A DNA stretch of 64,000 bases from a virus (Duplodnaviria > Caudoviricetes). The notes under the pieces are model-generated. The model was not told the DNA's origin. It did no database searches and worked only from the letters and a program-made list of their open reading frames with translations. The stretch is taken from positions 1,859 to 65,858 of the IMG/VR virus record IMGVR_UViG_3300002220_000769. One strand, written 5' to 3'. The position numbers were made by a program, and so were the translations under genes. Shown here piece by piece: positions 6,813 to 17,112 of the stretch. The stretch's first letter is position 1, and every line of letters begins with the position of its first letter.

Positions 6813-7138
6813 CAAGTCACAATCTGCAACAACATCTGGAGAAAACAATGCCTACTGTTGGCGAACTTGCGAAAAAATTTGAAGTAGATTGGATCTTTGA
6901 TGAAAAGAACTTGGTTCTTTCTCCAAAGATGAATGCATTTATTGAGGCAATTATTTCTGAGTGCGTCACGCTCACTACTAAGGAATGTATCGGTATCATT
7001 CTTCAGGAAAAAGATACCATCGCTGAAATACGAGTATTCAACTCACATGATGAATTTTGGAATCGTGCCAGAATCCAACAATGCCAGCATCTTGCAGACC
7101 TGATTGCAAAAAACTATAAAGGTGAATCAACTGTTTAA
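6809..7138 (+). CDS. hypothetical protein
   Basis: overlaps tilS stop. Confidence 0.55.
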   Translation: MTSHNLQQHLEKTMPTVGELAKKFEVDWIFDEKNLVLSPKMNAFIEAIISECVTLTTKECIGIILQEKDTIAEIRVFNSHDEFWNRARIQQCQHLADLIAKNYKGESTV

Positions 7139-7343
7139 ATTGAAATGGAAATTTGCAAATGACCATGAATGGGAAAAAGAGTTTGAAACTCAAGAAGAAG
7201 CACTCGAAAAATTTCGGTTCTATGGACTTGACAAGCATCCAAGTTGCGTTTACACTGCGATTGTAGATTCAGACGGAACAGTAGTGAAAAGTCTGATCGC
7301 TCCCGCTCTCAAACAAACAAATGGATACTGGTATCATGTTTGA
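7104..7343 (+). CDS. hypothetical protein
   Basis: ORF continuing the operon; exact start uncertain. Confidence 0.5.
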   Translation: MQKTIKVNQLFKLKWKFANDHEWEKEFETQEEALEKFRFYGLDKHPSCVYTAIVDSDGTVVKSLIAPALKQTNGYWYHV

Positions 7344-7566
7344 ATTTGATACAAAAATTGGTGGAATTCCCGCAACAGTCCGCGTAATCACTGCCGACAC
7401 AGATGATGGATTTGAATATGAACTTTTTGACCCAGATGGAAACAAAGACGAAGAGTTGCACAGCATGATGGATAGTGAGGATGAATACAAGTTCGTATGG
7501 TTGCCATATCTTGCCGCCGTTGGCGGCTATAACGATGAAATTCGAATTTTTCAGAATTCAGATTAA
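7336..7566 (+). CDS. acidic hypothetical protein
   Basis: start overlaps previous stop; followed by palindromic terminator 7589-7610. Confidence 0.55.
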   Translation: MFEFDTKIGGIPATVRVITADTDDGFEYELFDPDGNKDEELHSMMDSEDEYKFVWLPYLAAVGGYNDEIRIFQNSD

Positions 7567-7627
7567 CTGCAGTCCGCCGCTAAATACAGGAGAGCACATG
7601 TGCTCTCCTTTTTTGTGGGCTAAAATA

Positions 7628-8083
7628 ATGAAACTGTTTGAAGTTTTGATGCACGAAAATGATGAAGAACATTCCGATGCACTAAATAAAACTGGATTTT
7701 GGGGGAAGCAAGGTGCTGGGTGTATTTTCAAAGCAGCAAGCACAGGAAGATATTTGATTGCACATCGTAGCAATTATGTCCAAGAGCCAGGAACATGGGG
7801 GACATGGGGCGGAGCAATTGATTCCAATGAAACGCCCGAACAGGCAGCGACGAGAGAAGTCCGTGAAGAAGCGGGGTATCATGGGCAACTAAAGTTGAAA
7901 CATTTATGGACGTTTAAGCATCCAAGTGGATTTCAATATCACAATTATCTTGCAATTGTTGAAGATGAATTTGTCCCAGATCTTGATTGGGAAACCCAAG
8001 GATATGCATGGGTCAAATCTGGAGAATGGCCGACTCCATTACATCCTGGACTTGAATCCCTCCTAAAAAATGCGAGATTATAG
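7628..8083 (+). CDS. Nudix hydrolase with capsid-targeting-like leader
   Basis: GGAIDSNETPEQAATREVREEAG Nudix box; starts MKLFEVLMHE. Confidence 0.9.
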   Translation: MKLFEVLMHENDEEHSDALNKTGFWGKQGAGCIFKAASTGRYLIAHRSNYVQEPGTWGTWGGAIDSNETPEQAATREVREEAGYHGQLKLKHLWTFKHPSGFQYHNYLAIVEDEFVPDLDWETQGYAWVKSGEWPTPLHPGLESLLKNARL

Positions 8084-8084
8084 A

Positions 8085-9299
8085 ATGCGATTGACAGACA
8101 TTTTCGTTGAATCAAGAAGAAATCCAGCAGTAAATCCAAAAGTCACTGCATATCAGCGGCTGGTAATGCGCAATGAGAAAGACCCAAAAAATACCTTTGT
8201 TAGTATGACTTCGGTTGACAAACTTGGGATCAACCCACGATCCGAGTATAATACTCCAATCGGAGTATATTCCTACCCAGCACAATTTGTTTTGGATACA
8301 GCAAAAATTTCAATGCGTGATCTACCTTTTGCTGGCGAAAGTCCATATGTTAATATATTCACCGCTTCTGGAAACATTTTAGTATTAACAGATATGACTG
8401 AAATTGATTACAATAGTTACTGCGAAAAAATAAGAAAGATTTTGGTGAGTGAATATGTTGCCAATAACTTCTCAGAAACAGCAGAAGAATCTGCGCGAGC
8501 AGCGAATATACAAATGAACAAAATAATGTCTGATGCGCCATACGAATCTAACGTAAGTCGGTTATATGGCGGAAGACTCTGGTATGTCACATATAGAGTC
8601 TCTAAAGAGATAGCCGCGTTAAGAGGCACAAAAAGTGTGCCTTCTATATGGAACAAAACTTTCAGATCAATTGGAATTCATGGTTGTGTGGATTATGGTG
8701 CAGGAATAATACATGAAAATGAGCCGACACAAGCCGTGTTTTTTTCAACTGAGGGAATTCGCGATGTTGAGAGAGTGTTAAACAAATGGGACGAACTCAG
8801 CCAGATCGAATCAATTGATAGAAGAATAAATTCAACTATAACCAGTAGTATTATCGCTTATCTGTCGTCAAATCCTACCTCAATAACACAGTTCATCAAG
8901 GAATATATCAACAGATTTTCACTGAACTTCGCAAAAGACTCTATCATCCAAAAAGAAATAATAAAGAAAATACATGAAAGAATTTCTAAATTAAACTTAG
9001 AATGGGAGTGGTCTGCAGAACATATGTTGGTCGATTATTATATGCACCAGACAAATGAGCAGAAAATTTGGGATATCGTGACGAGAGTGAAATCGCTCAC
9101 AAATGCGCAAAAATACGAAGCAATTATAGAATGGATGATGTCTGGCGTACAACCAAAAACTGGATACATAATCAATCAGTTCAACAGTTCAGACTTCATT
9201 GCCTACTTGAAAAATTTGGCAGAAAAAAATCCTGCAGACAAAAAGACTTGGTACAAAATAAACAAGATTCTTGGGTCGAGTGAACCCACGTTACAATGA
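8085..9299 (+). CDS. hypothetical protein with capsid-targeting-like leader
   Basis: starts MRLTDIFVES; 404 aa. Confidence 0.7.
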   Translation: MRLTDIFVESRRNPAVNPKVTAYQRLVMRNEKDPKNTFVSMTSVDKLGINPRSEYNTPIGVYSYPAQFVLDTAKISMRDLPFAGESPYVNIFTASGNILVLTDMTEIDYNSYCEKIRKILVSEYVANNFSETAEESARAANIQMNKIMSDAPYESNVSRLYGGRLWYVTYRVSKEIAALRGTKSVPSIWNKTFRSIGIHGCVDYGAGIIHENEPTQAVFFSTEGIRDVERVLNKWDELSQIESIDRRINSTITSSIIAYLSSNPTSITQFIKEYINRFSLNFAKDSIIQKEIIKKIHERISKLNLEWEWSAEHMLVDYYMHQTNEQKIWDIVTRVKSLTNAQKYEAIIEWMMSGVQPKTGYIINQFNSSDFIAYLKNLAEKNPADKKTWYKINKILGSSEPTLQ

Positions 9300-9315
9300 G
9301 ACTGGCAATTAAAAG

Positions 9316-9343
9316 CAAAAAGCCGGGATATCCCGGCTTTTTG
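9316..9343. terminator. bidirectional terminator
   Basis: perfect palindrome CAAAAAGCCGGGATATCCCGGCTTTTTG between convergent genes. Confidence 0.85.
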
Positions 9344-9463
9344 TTAATTGATGTTTCCTTTTTCCAACCATTCTTTGACTTCTGGCGGTGGATCAAAAAC
9401 CCCATCAGAAAATGTATAGAAATCTTCGATTTCATACGGGGAATCTTCAAATTCAGAATTCAT
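9344..9463 (-). CDS. 39-aa acidic peptide
   Basis: MNSEFEDSPYEIEDFYTFSDGVFDPPPEVKEWLEKGNIN with GGAG RBS. Confidence 0.4.
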   Translation of the reverse strand: MNSEFEDSPYEIEDFYTFSDGVFDPPPEVKEWLEKGNIN

Positions 9464-9556
9464 CGTGCACTCCTTCATCTAAAGTTATAGCATAGTCACA
9501 GTCCTCTTAAATAGTCACTATCACCAGTGTAGACAAATTTAACAGAGAAGTCAACT

Positions 9557-10006
9557 CTACTTCCAGTTAGGATTTGCTTCTTGATGTGTGCCAACATGAA
9601 GAAACTTGAGAATAGATTTTCCAGTTTTTTCGTCTCGTTCTATCCTAAATAATGTTATTATTTTTTTGCCAACCAAATGAGCACTGAACGCTCCGACGAA
9701 CACCGGATCTCTTTTAATAGGGTGAACATTTAAATCTGGCGGATATGTATCAATGGCAGGTTGTTGTGGAGCAGAAAGGATGAATTCCTCTAAACGAGAC
9801 AACGCATGCACGACCTTTGGATTGTTGGCATGTTTCTTCAGTCCTTTCTTAAACGCATTTGAATATTCAACTCTCCAGCTTTCTGTTTGCAGTGGGTTGC
9901 CATCTAATGCAGATTCAACCAGCGTGAAGGTGAATAACTCTTTTTCTGAGTATTCTTCGAGGATATACGAATAATCTGGTTCTGGTCTAAATTCTTCAAA
10001 TCTCAT
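9557..10006 (-). CDS. RelE/YafQ-like ribosome-dependent RNase fold protein
   Basis: WRVEYSNAFKKGLKK..HPIK..SAHL..LFRI..LHVGTHQE; acidic leader with ILEE and LVES. Confidence 0.7.
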   Translation of the reverse strand: MRFEEFRPEPDYSYILEEYSEKELFTFTLVESALDGNPLQTESWRVEYSNAFKKGLKKHANNPKVVHALSRLEEFILSAPQQPAIDTYPPDLNVHPIKRDPVFVGAFSAHLVGKKIITLFRIERDEKTGKSILKFLHVGTHQEANPNWK

Positions 10007-10015
10007 TTATTTTTC

Positions 10016-11899
10016 TCACTTTTTTGGCAATCTCTTAACTAGTACAACTCGGTGATGCTCAGTCACTGGTTTTAATTCCAACCTCCCACTATACATATTC
10101 AATGCCCATGCATGATCTTGTTCAGCGTTCAGATTGGAAGTCCAATAGAATTCAGTTCTCAAGTTTTGATTCTTTTTGGTTTGGGAATATATTCCCTTTA
10201 ACTCTGATACGGTAGGCAATGACCAGACGGCATCAGTCAAACTCTCGGCATATTTCCAGTCTTCTGTTGAACGAGTTGGTTCATCAACAACCAAGTAGTA
10301 TTTTCCAATATCAACCCTATTTATATCGTAGTCCTTTGACTTTAAATAGTTCTTTAAAACAGTTGTCGGAATAGCACCACTGTTATACAAAGAAAAGACT
10401 TTTATAGTATCATCCTGCACGTTTCTTGCCAACAATTTGTATAATTTCTTTGCGTATTCTTCACGATATTTTTCTGGATCACATGCTATATCAAGTGCAA
10501 CTGCAAATCTATACACTGTGTTGATTATTTCTTCTGCGGATTGGTTGTTTAGCCAATCATTGCCTGGACCACGGAATTCAACGCGGTTGTATTCTATGTT
10601 TACAGAGAAATGCTTTTCAGTCAGAATAAATTCAAGATTCTTTTTTGTATTATCAAAAATTCCTTGTTTTATATCAGAAAAAACTTTTGATATTTGGTTC
10701 GGAGAAATCGTTTTAACTTGCCCCTCCAATTTACTAAACACACCCTTTGTGTAAGTATTGTTTATTCTTTTGAATTTTTCCAATACTAATCTGTCTCCCA
10801 TGAAAAGGATGAGTTTAATTACGTCAAGATTTTCCATTGAATAATTTGGGACAGATATACTCATATGAAGTCCAGTTCTTTTATCTGTTCTGTAATCATT
10901 ATCTTGTGCATGTTCATAGAACTTCAAGAAGTCCTCAATTGATTGTTCTAAAAATGGTGGAGGAGTTGGACTTATTATTTCAACACCTTGATAACCATCG
11001 ATAAGTGATAAAGAAACGTCTGATTCAACCCTATACCAATTTCCTTGTGGTACACCATGATATGAAGAAGAACCTTTTGCCTCTTTTCCAAATATGCCAC
11101 CAACTTCGTCTGCCATTAACTGATAAAAAATATCTTCTGATTCAAGGTCTTTATACCGTGTCCATCTTAAATCTGGATATTTTTCTAGCATGTCACTCAA
11201 TTTTTTAATCCCGAGTTCTTCTTCTAAAAAATCAGATTGAAAATCATCGTAGTTATCATCTCTATAACTATCTTGATATGCATCTTTGGCATCATTGGGA
11301 AAACTGCTATATTCTTCTCCCTTTTCTAACAAATATTCACAGTACAATCTTGTTATATAATCTATGTCTGATTCTAATTCTTGGTATTTCTTGGCATATT
11401 TCTTATCTTGTAATCTACCAGTGCCTGCATCTACTATTTTTAATATAGTTTCAGTGCTATAGTAATTGTTTGGTATAAGTTTACTTGTAAGAGCGAATTC
11501 TATTATTTCAGACTGTGAGTGCTCTTCATTAACTAGTTTTTCAATGAATTCTAATTGTTTTTCATTGGTCCATTCTTCCCACATCTTTTTGTCAAACCAT
11601 TCTTTATAACCATCTATTATTTCTGCAATGATTTCATCAACGGTTTCAGAGTCGTTATAATCGCGATCATCATAAAAATCTTGTATATCAGATATATATC
11701 GTATCCTTCCGTCATAACTCATATCTGGAATTTGATCGCCATAATCGTAGTAATCGTCAACAGATTTTTCTGGAACATAAACTTCAAATTCAAAGCCAAC
11801 TCTTGCACCAGTTTGTGCTGCCATCTTTTTTAAATTTGTTGGACTCATTGACACTTCAAACAAGTCGTCTGAATTGCGTGATACATCGGATATTTTCAT
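10016..11899 (-). CDS. putative amidoligase (COOH-NH2 ligase type 2) fused to a C-terminal DUF1566/Lcl-like domain
   Basis: VGFEFE; ESDVSL; VEIISP; RTGLHMSIS; VEFRGPG; C-terminal LPTVSEL..YWTS..AWALNMYSG..VVLVK. Confidence 0.75.
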   Translation of the reverse strand: MKISDVSRNSDDLFEVSMSPTNLKKMAAQTGARVGFEFEVYVPEKSVDDYYDYGDQIPDMSYDGRIRYISDIQDFYDDRDYNDSETVDEIIAEIIDGYKEWFDKKMWEEWTNEKQLEFIEKLVNEEHSQSEIIEFALTSKLIPNNYYSTETILKIVDAGTGRLQDKKYAKKYQELESDIDYITRLYCEYLLEKGEEYSSFPNDAKDAYQDSYRDDNYDDFQSDFLEEELGIKKLSDMLEKYPDLRWTRYKDLESEDIFYQLMADEVGGIFGKEAKGSSSYHGVPQGNWYRVESDVSLSLIDGYQGVEIISPTPPPFLEQSIEDFLKFYEHAQDNDYRTDKRTGLHMSISVPNYSMENLDVIKLILFMGDRLVLEKFKRINNTYTKGVFSKLEGQVKTISPNQISKVFSDIKQGIFDNTKKNLEFILTEKHFSVNIEYNRVEFRGPGNDWLNNQSAEEIINTVYRFAVALDIACDPEKYREEYAKKLYKLLARNVQDDTIKVFSLYNSGAIPTTVLKNYLKSKDYDINRVDIGKYYLVVDEPTRSTEDWKYAESLTDAVWSLPTVSELKGIYSQTKKNQNLRTEFYWTSNLNAEQDHAWALNMYSGRLELKPVTEHHRVVLVKRLPKK

Positions 11900-11919
11900 A
11901 GTAGATTCTCTGTTTATGT

Positions 11920-13686
11920 TTACTTATCCCTGTCGTAGATTTCATTAGACAATTGTATAATTGTCATCCGTTGTCTTGCAGTTAAGTGTTCGTCCAACCA
12001 ATCATCTATCAAATCAGCAAAGTTAGTTCTTGCAACTTCTACATTCGGTATTGGTCTTTTAACCATGTCTTTTTGTTTTTTGAGAACATTTTTATACGAA
12101 ACGATTGAATTTGGTTCCATCGTGTCTTTGTTTTTGTTGAAAAACTCGACCATGGCTTCAAATGCCGCGAAATTATACGTCATCGCTTCTTTGAATCCAC
12201 TTGAATAATTTGGATCTTGCGTCAATCCCCTGATTTCTCTAGCCAAATCTACCATATATTTCAATGCATTTTTATCTTTGTTTGTAGCATACCCAACGAA
12301 TGCATCAATCATTGTCATTGTTATCTTTGATGATAGCAATTTCGTCAATTTTGTTGCATACTCTTTTTTATATAGTTCTGGTCGGGAAGCAATATACATT
12401 GCATATGCATAACGCAAAACTGTGTCTTGAAGCATCTGTATGTTTGCAGAATCAAAGTATCCTTCGTTGCCTGCTGCACGCAATTCAAAATATGATTGTT
12501 TTGTATTAATTGCAAAGTATTTCCCAGCACCACTGTCCGCTATATATTTTGTTACACTCTGTGTTAAACCAGACTTGATTTTTCCAAAAAGTATCTTGAC
12601 TAAATTTGGAGTAATTTCAGTTGCCTGTTTTTTTAACCACCCATAAGAACTTGACGTATAACTGTTTAGTTCACGTCCAAATTGTTCTAAGATATACTGG
12701 TCGCCCAAGAATAGCACCAATTTCATATAATCAACATTCTCCATATTTGGAATAGAAACTGAAATATGAAATCCAGTAGTTTCATTTGAATACGCATCTT
12801 CTGATCTTGCCCATGCAAAAAATTCTTTCATTGCCGCTATTCCATCTGCAAGTGGCATTGGTGGAGAAACAATTTCCACTGGAACTTCTGCGTCAAAATG
12901 GTTTGATACAGAAATACTTGAATCCGGCTCAATATACCAACTATCAATTTGTTTCCTTTGCACTTTATAATCCGAAGATATAACACTGAATCCCAATTCA
13001 TCTCTCATTTTGTCGGCAATATTATCCGCGACATGATCCACATATTCTCCAGATTTTATGGAGTGAAATGGCCACTCAAGACCATAAGTTTCATAAAATT
13101 CTTTTAGATCATAGATGCTTTCTTCTATGACGAATTCGTGCCACAGTTCTTCTTCATCCCAATATTGATTGATGAAATCTGTAGAATTTATATAATTTTC
13201 AGTTTCTTCATCGTATTCTTCGCGAAATGGTCGTAAATAATCTTCGTATTCATCGGTTTTATCGTTAATATGATCATTTGCAGTGTCTTCGTCTATTCCA
13301 TCACGAACCATTTGCTTAAATATTACACTGTGATAATCTGTTTCATCCCAATTGTAATCCCGATCACTCCGATATTCATCGGCATACTCATATCGGATTT
13401 CTTGTTCTTTTTTTGCAGAGAATTTTTCCCAGAGGTTTTCGGTGTCTTTTATTGCACGTACAAATGCATAACTATCATCTGCGTCTTCTGCCCACCCTTC
13501 CAGAAAATTAATTCCGTAAATTTTTTCGTTTCGTGAATAGTCAGGTTCTCGCATATCTTCTTCATCGGCGGGGAATATCATTTCCGCTTCAAACCCAAAC
13601 AAAAAGTCTGTTGATTCTGCCGAATTTAAAAATTTATTAAAAACGCTGGAAGTCATCTTGACTTCATATAATTCTTTTGCTTTCAT
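11920..13686 (-). CDS. putative amidoligase
   Basis: FGFEAE; EPDSSI; VEIVSPP; TTGFHISVS; FELRAAG. Confidence 0.75.
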   Translation of the reverse strand: MKAKELYEVKMTSSVFNKFLNSAESTDFLFGFEAEMIFPADEEDMREPDYSRNEKIYGINFLEGWAEDADDSYAFVRAIKDTENLWEKFSAKKEQEIRYEYADEYRSDRDYNWDETDYHSVIFKQMVRDGIDEDTANDHINDKTDEYEDYLRPFREEYDEETENYINSTDFINQYWDEEELWHEFVIEESIYDLKEFYETYGLEWPFHSIKSGEYVDHVADNIADKMRDELGFSVISSDYKVQRKQIDSWYIEPDSSISVSNHFDAEVPVEIVSPPMPLADGIAAMKEFFAWARSEDAYSNETTGFHISVSIPNMENVDYMKLVLFLGDQYILEQFGRELNSYTSSSYGWLKKQATEITPNLVKILFGKIKSGLTQSVTKYIADSGAGKYFAINTKQSYFELRAAGNEGYFDSANIQMLQDTVLRYAYAMYIASRPELYKKEYATKLTKLLSSKITMTMIDAFVGYATNKDKNALKYMVDLAREIRGLTQDPNYSSGFKEAMTYNFAAFEAMVEFFNKNKDTMEPNSIVSYKNVLKKQKDMVKRPIPNVEVARTNFADLIDDWLDEHLTARQRMTIIQLSNEIYDRDK

Positions 13687-14345
13687 CTACCTCTATTCCT
13701 GTACAATTCTGCAACATCTTTTGTATAACCAATGTCAATAACAACTGGCACGCCTTGGTAGAACCCCCAATTTTTGTGGTTATTGAAATCTACAAGTTCA
13801 ACGTCAAACTGCTCTAGTTCTGCCAACTTTTCTGCATAATCTATGAAAATTTCTTCTTTTTCTGTATCAGCAAGATTTTTTAAAATTTGCTGTTGAATTG
13901 AATAGCCATTTCTTTTTCTGTATGAACTTGCATATTGCACCAATTCATGTAGGTAGTTGCACCCAAAATAATTGCACAATTCTTTTTCATTTTTTGGAAC
14001 TCTTGCCAATTCTGTTTGAATCCAAACTGGCAAATCACCGGCTTTGTCATAATCTATCAATGGAATTGCGATTCCCAATTGTTTAACATAACCATCATTT
14101 AAAATTGATATTTCTGCAAGATTTTGCTGTTCTCCACGACTATTTTTTGCCACTTTAAAAACTGTTGGTCTTCCGTTTTCTTCTATTTTCACTGCAACTC
14201 TACTTGATCCGGCTCCCAATCTGGTGGATTTGCTAAGTGCATAAGCTAACCGACTTTTAAATGTCGTTCCTTTTTGCTTTTTCATTTGTTCCACATCCCA
14301 ATCGGGTGGCAACGGTGCTTCAGATACAAAATCTACGATTTTCAT
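13683..14345 (-). CDS. protein kinase-like
   Basis: LGAGSSR glycine loop; VFKVAK; D..N..NWG; VVIDIG; leader MKIVDFVSEA. Confidence 0.75.
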   Translation of the reverse strand: MKIVDFVSEAPLPPDWDVEQMKKQKGTTFKSRLAYALSKSTRLGAGSSRVAVKIEENGRPTVFKVAKNSRGEQQNLAEISILNDGYVKQLGIAIPLIDYDKAGDLPVWIQTELARVPKNEKELCNYFGCNYLHELVQYASSYRKRNGYSIQQQILKNLADTEKEEIFIDYAEKLAELEQFDVELVDFNNHKNWGFYQGVPVVIDIGYTKDVAELYRNRGR

Positions 14346-14429
14346 TTTAAACGTTTCCTATTGTTGGTGCGTATGGATTTTTTGGCAAATCATACCCGGT
14401 GTCTTCTGGAAATACGGGGTATTCGTTCA

Positions 14430-14921
14430 TCACGTTGACCTCATTTTTTGTATAATCTTCTTCGGTTCCAGTGGACCAGACATTCTTTCTCCACCATCAA
14501 AGTAGCGAATTTCTACAGGAAGTGAATCCCACCCTAATTCTGCTGCAGCCATAATTCTGTGATTCCCTTCATTCACCCATGCAGAACCATCCCACGCGAC
14601 CATCACAAATGGTGCATATTCTTTTCCATTTACTAATGGCAATTTTCCAGTATCTTGCATTATCTTTTTTATTGCTGCCAAATCTGCATGACGAACGTTT
14701 TCTTGTTCACCCCGCATTCCTTTTAGTCTTTTTAAGCTACTGACGGGAACTTTTGGCAGACCGCCCACAAAATTCCCGGTCCATTTGCCCATATACGGAA
14801 CTCCAAATTCATTTTTTCCTTTTTTAATGGCATAGGAAACAGCATCTTCCAACCATTCTTCATTTGGAATATCACTTGACAGTGTCACCGAAGATTCAAC
14901 TACAATTTCTTTAATTTTCAT
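14430..14921 (-). CDS. ParB/Srx-like domain protein
   Basis: PFVMV..VNEGNHRIMAAAELGWDSLPV; leader MKIKEIVVES. Confidence 0.7.
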   Translation of the reverse strand: MKIKEIVVESSVTLSSDIPNEEWLEDAVSYAIKKGKNEFGVPYMGKWTGNFVGGLPKVPVSSLKRLKGMRGEQENVRHADLAAIKKIMQDTGKLPLVNGKEYAPFVMVAWDGSAWVNEGNHRIMAAAELGWDSLPVEIRYFDGGERMSGPLEPKKIIQKMRST

Positions 14922-15856
14922 TTTTTCACCACTGTTGGCATGCTTCCAACTGATTTACCCCAATCTTCTACAAATTGTTGAGGAAGTTCTGTTGAACCGT
15001 AATGAACTATTATTGAACTGTTATCTGGAAGAATTTCTAAAATATTAATTATTTTGTTTGCACCACGAAATGTCACTGGTTGCTCTGTTCGTAATGTATG
15101 ACTAAATTTACCACTATCTTTGTATGCAGATTCACGGTAGTATCGGGTCAACTTATCAACCCAATGCTGCAAATTCTGTTCTGACTCTGATGTAGTGAGA
15201 ATCTTTTCTGGTTTGTTATCAACATGTTTAAATAGTTCGTCTTTTAAGTCTTTTGTTCCACCCCATGATGATAGTCTCCCTCTTCCTGCGACTGTATATG
15301 CAATATATCGATCAAGCAATGCAATGCAAGTATTTTCAAGCAGTGAATCTGGCATAGGAACTTTTGGTGAATTTTCTGTCGATCTTTCATGAAAAGAAGT
15401 TTTGAATGCATCAAAAAACTTATTTCGTATTTTCTGATCATCATACAATCCATGTGCGTATATATGTACAGCCTCCGCATATATCCCACCAAACAATTCA
15501 CGAACAGCAGATTGATATGCATTTTTTAGATTCCACATTATTGAATCTTCGTCTGCGAATGAACTTGATTCTGCTATCTGAGCGACAACTATTAAACTGT
15601 TTCCATCAAATTTTCTGGTTGCATTGCGAGAAGAACTCTTTGCAGTCAATAAGTTGCTTGTCCAATATGAACCTCCGATACTTGCTCTTGAAAAACTGTC
15701 AATGTTAGCATCAGGGTCATCTGCCCACACTTTTTCTTTAGAAGAAGGCAACATACCATTCTTCAATATTGAGCGAAGAAATTTTGTGCTGGTCCCATGA
15801 TACATTATTATCGGTTTTCGGAACTTTGCTTCTTGAATTATTTCATTTACTTTCAT
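14918..15856 (-). CDS. ADP-ribosyltransferase-fold (KptA-like) protein
   Basis: MYHGTSTKFLRSILKNGML; YWTS; leader MKVNEIIQEA. Confidence 0.6.
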   Translation of the reverse strand: MKVNEIIQEAKFRKPIIMYHGTSTKFLRSILKNGMLPSSKEKVWADDPDANIDSFSRASIGGSYWTSNLLTAKSSSRNATRKFDGNSLIVVAQIAESSSFADEDSIMWNLKNAYQSAVRELFGGIYAEAVHIYAHGLYDDQKIRNKFFDAFKTSFHERSTENSPKVPMPDSLLENTCIALLDRYIAYTVAGRGRLSSWGGTKDLKDELFKHVDNKPEKILTTSESEQNLQHWVDKLTRYYRESAYKDSGKFSHTLRTEQPVTFRGANKIINILEILPDNSSIIVHYGSTELPQQFVEDWGKSVGSMPTVVKK

Positions 15857-15882
15857 TTTTTGGCATCCTTTTCAGTATTTAT

Positions 15883-15930
15883 GTAACTGCCGCGTAAAAC
15901 ACAGTGTTTTTTAGGCGATGCGACCTTCAC
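15883..15930 (+). mobile_element. 48-bp miniature IS200/IS605 derivative
   Basis: TTTAT|GTAACTGCCGCGTAAAACACAGTG...CTTCAC. Confidence 0.75.
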
Positions 15931-16004
15931 ATCAGTTTCGGTTGTTGACATTGTCTGCAAGGTCCGTGATTATGATGCACCGACCAACGATCACTGGTGA
16001 CACT

Positions 16005-16328
16005 ATGATTAAAAATAGAAATCACGTAATAATTCTTCTAGTTGCTTTGTTGGCTCTCAACTGGTTTGATGCTTGGGCAACCAGTATTTCTTTGCAGAAC
16101 GGGGCAGAAGAAGTAAATCCCATAACATTGCACTTCATCGAACAATGGGGAATCATCTCTATTGTGTCAATCAAAACTGCTCTCATTTTGCCATTGTTTC
16201 ATCGCAAATGTGTTGACGCGATCGTGCAGAGCACAATTTGTAGCACTGCTGTCTTTTCGGTCACCATTGTTTACTGGATTCTTGCCGGTTGGCACATCAT
16301 TGTTTTTCATATGCTTGGATTTTTTTGA
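16005..16328 (+). CDS. membrane protein (DUF5658-like)
   Basis: D..AT...GAEEVNP motif between hydrophobic helices. Confidence 0.6.
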   Translation: MIKNRNHVIILLVALLALNWFDAWATSISLQNGAEEVNPITLHFIEQWGIISIVSIKTALILPLFHRKCVDAIVQSTICSTAVFSVTIVYWILAGWHIIVFHMLGFF

Positions 16329-16416
16329 TAACCACAAATTATTAACTGTTGTTGTTGACACTGCCAATTTTAGTGCTAAAATCACTTCACCTTCACCGAG
16401 CAAAGGAACTGCCACC

Positions 16417-17100
16417 ATGAACCAAGAATTTGATAACATGCTCAATTTTGATCCAATTGACTTTGCAGAAAAACTCACCGGAAACTCCTACAAAGACGAC
16501 AATGACACCGCAAATCTCGCGTTGGGTATTGCCATTCAACACAATGCGCAAAAAAGTGAGATGCTTGCTGCTGCAGGAGACAGCACGTTTTCAAACGAAA
16601 TCGGACAATACATCCGTATCATTGAAGACATTGGGTTTGAGTGTGTGGCATCCATTCCTTTTGTCGGCAAAAGCCCATGGGAAGATGAACGCAAAGAAAC
16701 CTTGTATTTGTATGCACACCGCGATCTCGGCATTTTGCTGAAGTTTGATACGTTCAATGGCGATCATGTGAATAGTGGCAACTTCTATTACTGCTGGAAA
16801 CCAAATGATTGTGAAAACCATAAGTGGATGCAGATGACTTCAAGCGGAACTCTGCGAGAAGACGAAAATGGAGAAAAATATTGGGTTGGATATCACGATT
16901 GCCGTGAAGCAATTCGGTATCATATCAATCAATTGAAGAAGGCCGGGACTTTCATTCAAAAATGGCCGAAAAACAACAAGGCATGGTTGTGGCTCTTGAA
17001 TTACATGGACACTAAAAATCCAGATTACAACTATAAAGAAATCAATCAATCAAGGGTCAAGTTGATGCCTGAGTGGGTCCAAGAAATGATCAATCGCTGA
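16417..17100 (+). CDS. hypothetical early protein
   Basis: TTGACA promoter ~16356 and AAGGA RBS. Confidence 0.75.
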   Translation: MNQEFDNMLNFDPIDFAEKLTGNSYKDDNDTANLALGIAIQHNAQKSEMLAAAGDSTFSNEIGQYIRIIEDIGFECVASIPFVGKSPWEDERKETLYLYAHRDLGILLKFDTFNGDHVNSGNFYYCWKPNDCENHKWMQMTSSGTLREDENGEKYWVGYHDCREAIRYHINQLKKAGTFIQKWPKNNKAWLWLLNYMDTKNPDYNYKEINQSRVKLMPEWVQEMINR

Positions 17101-17112
17101 TTGGTGAAGAAA

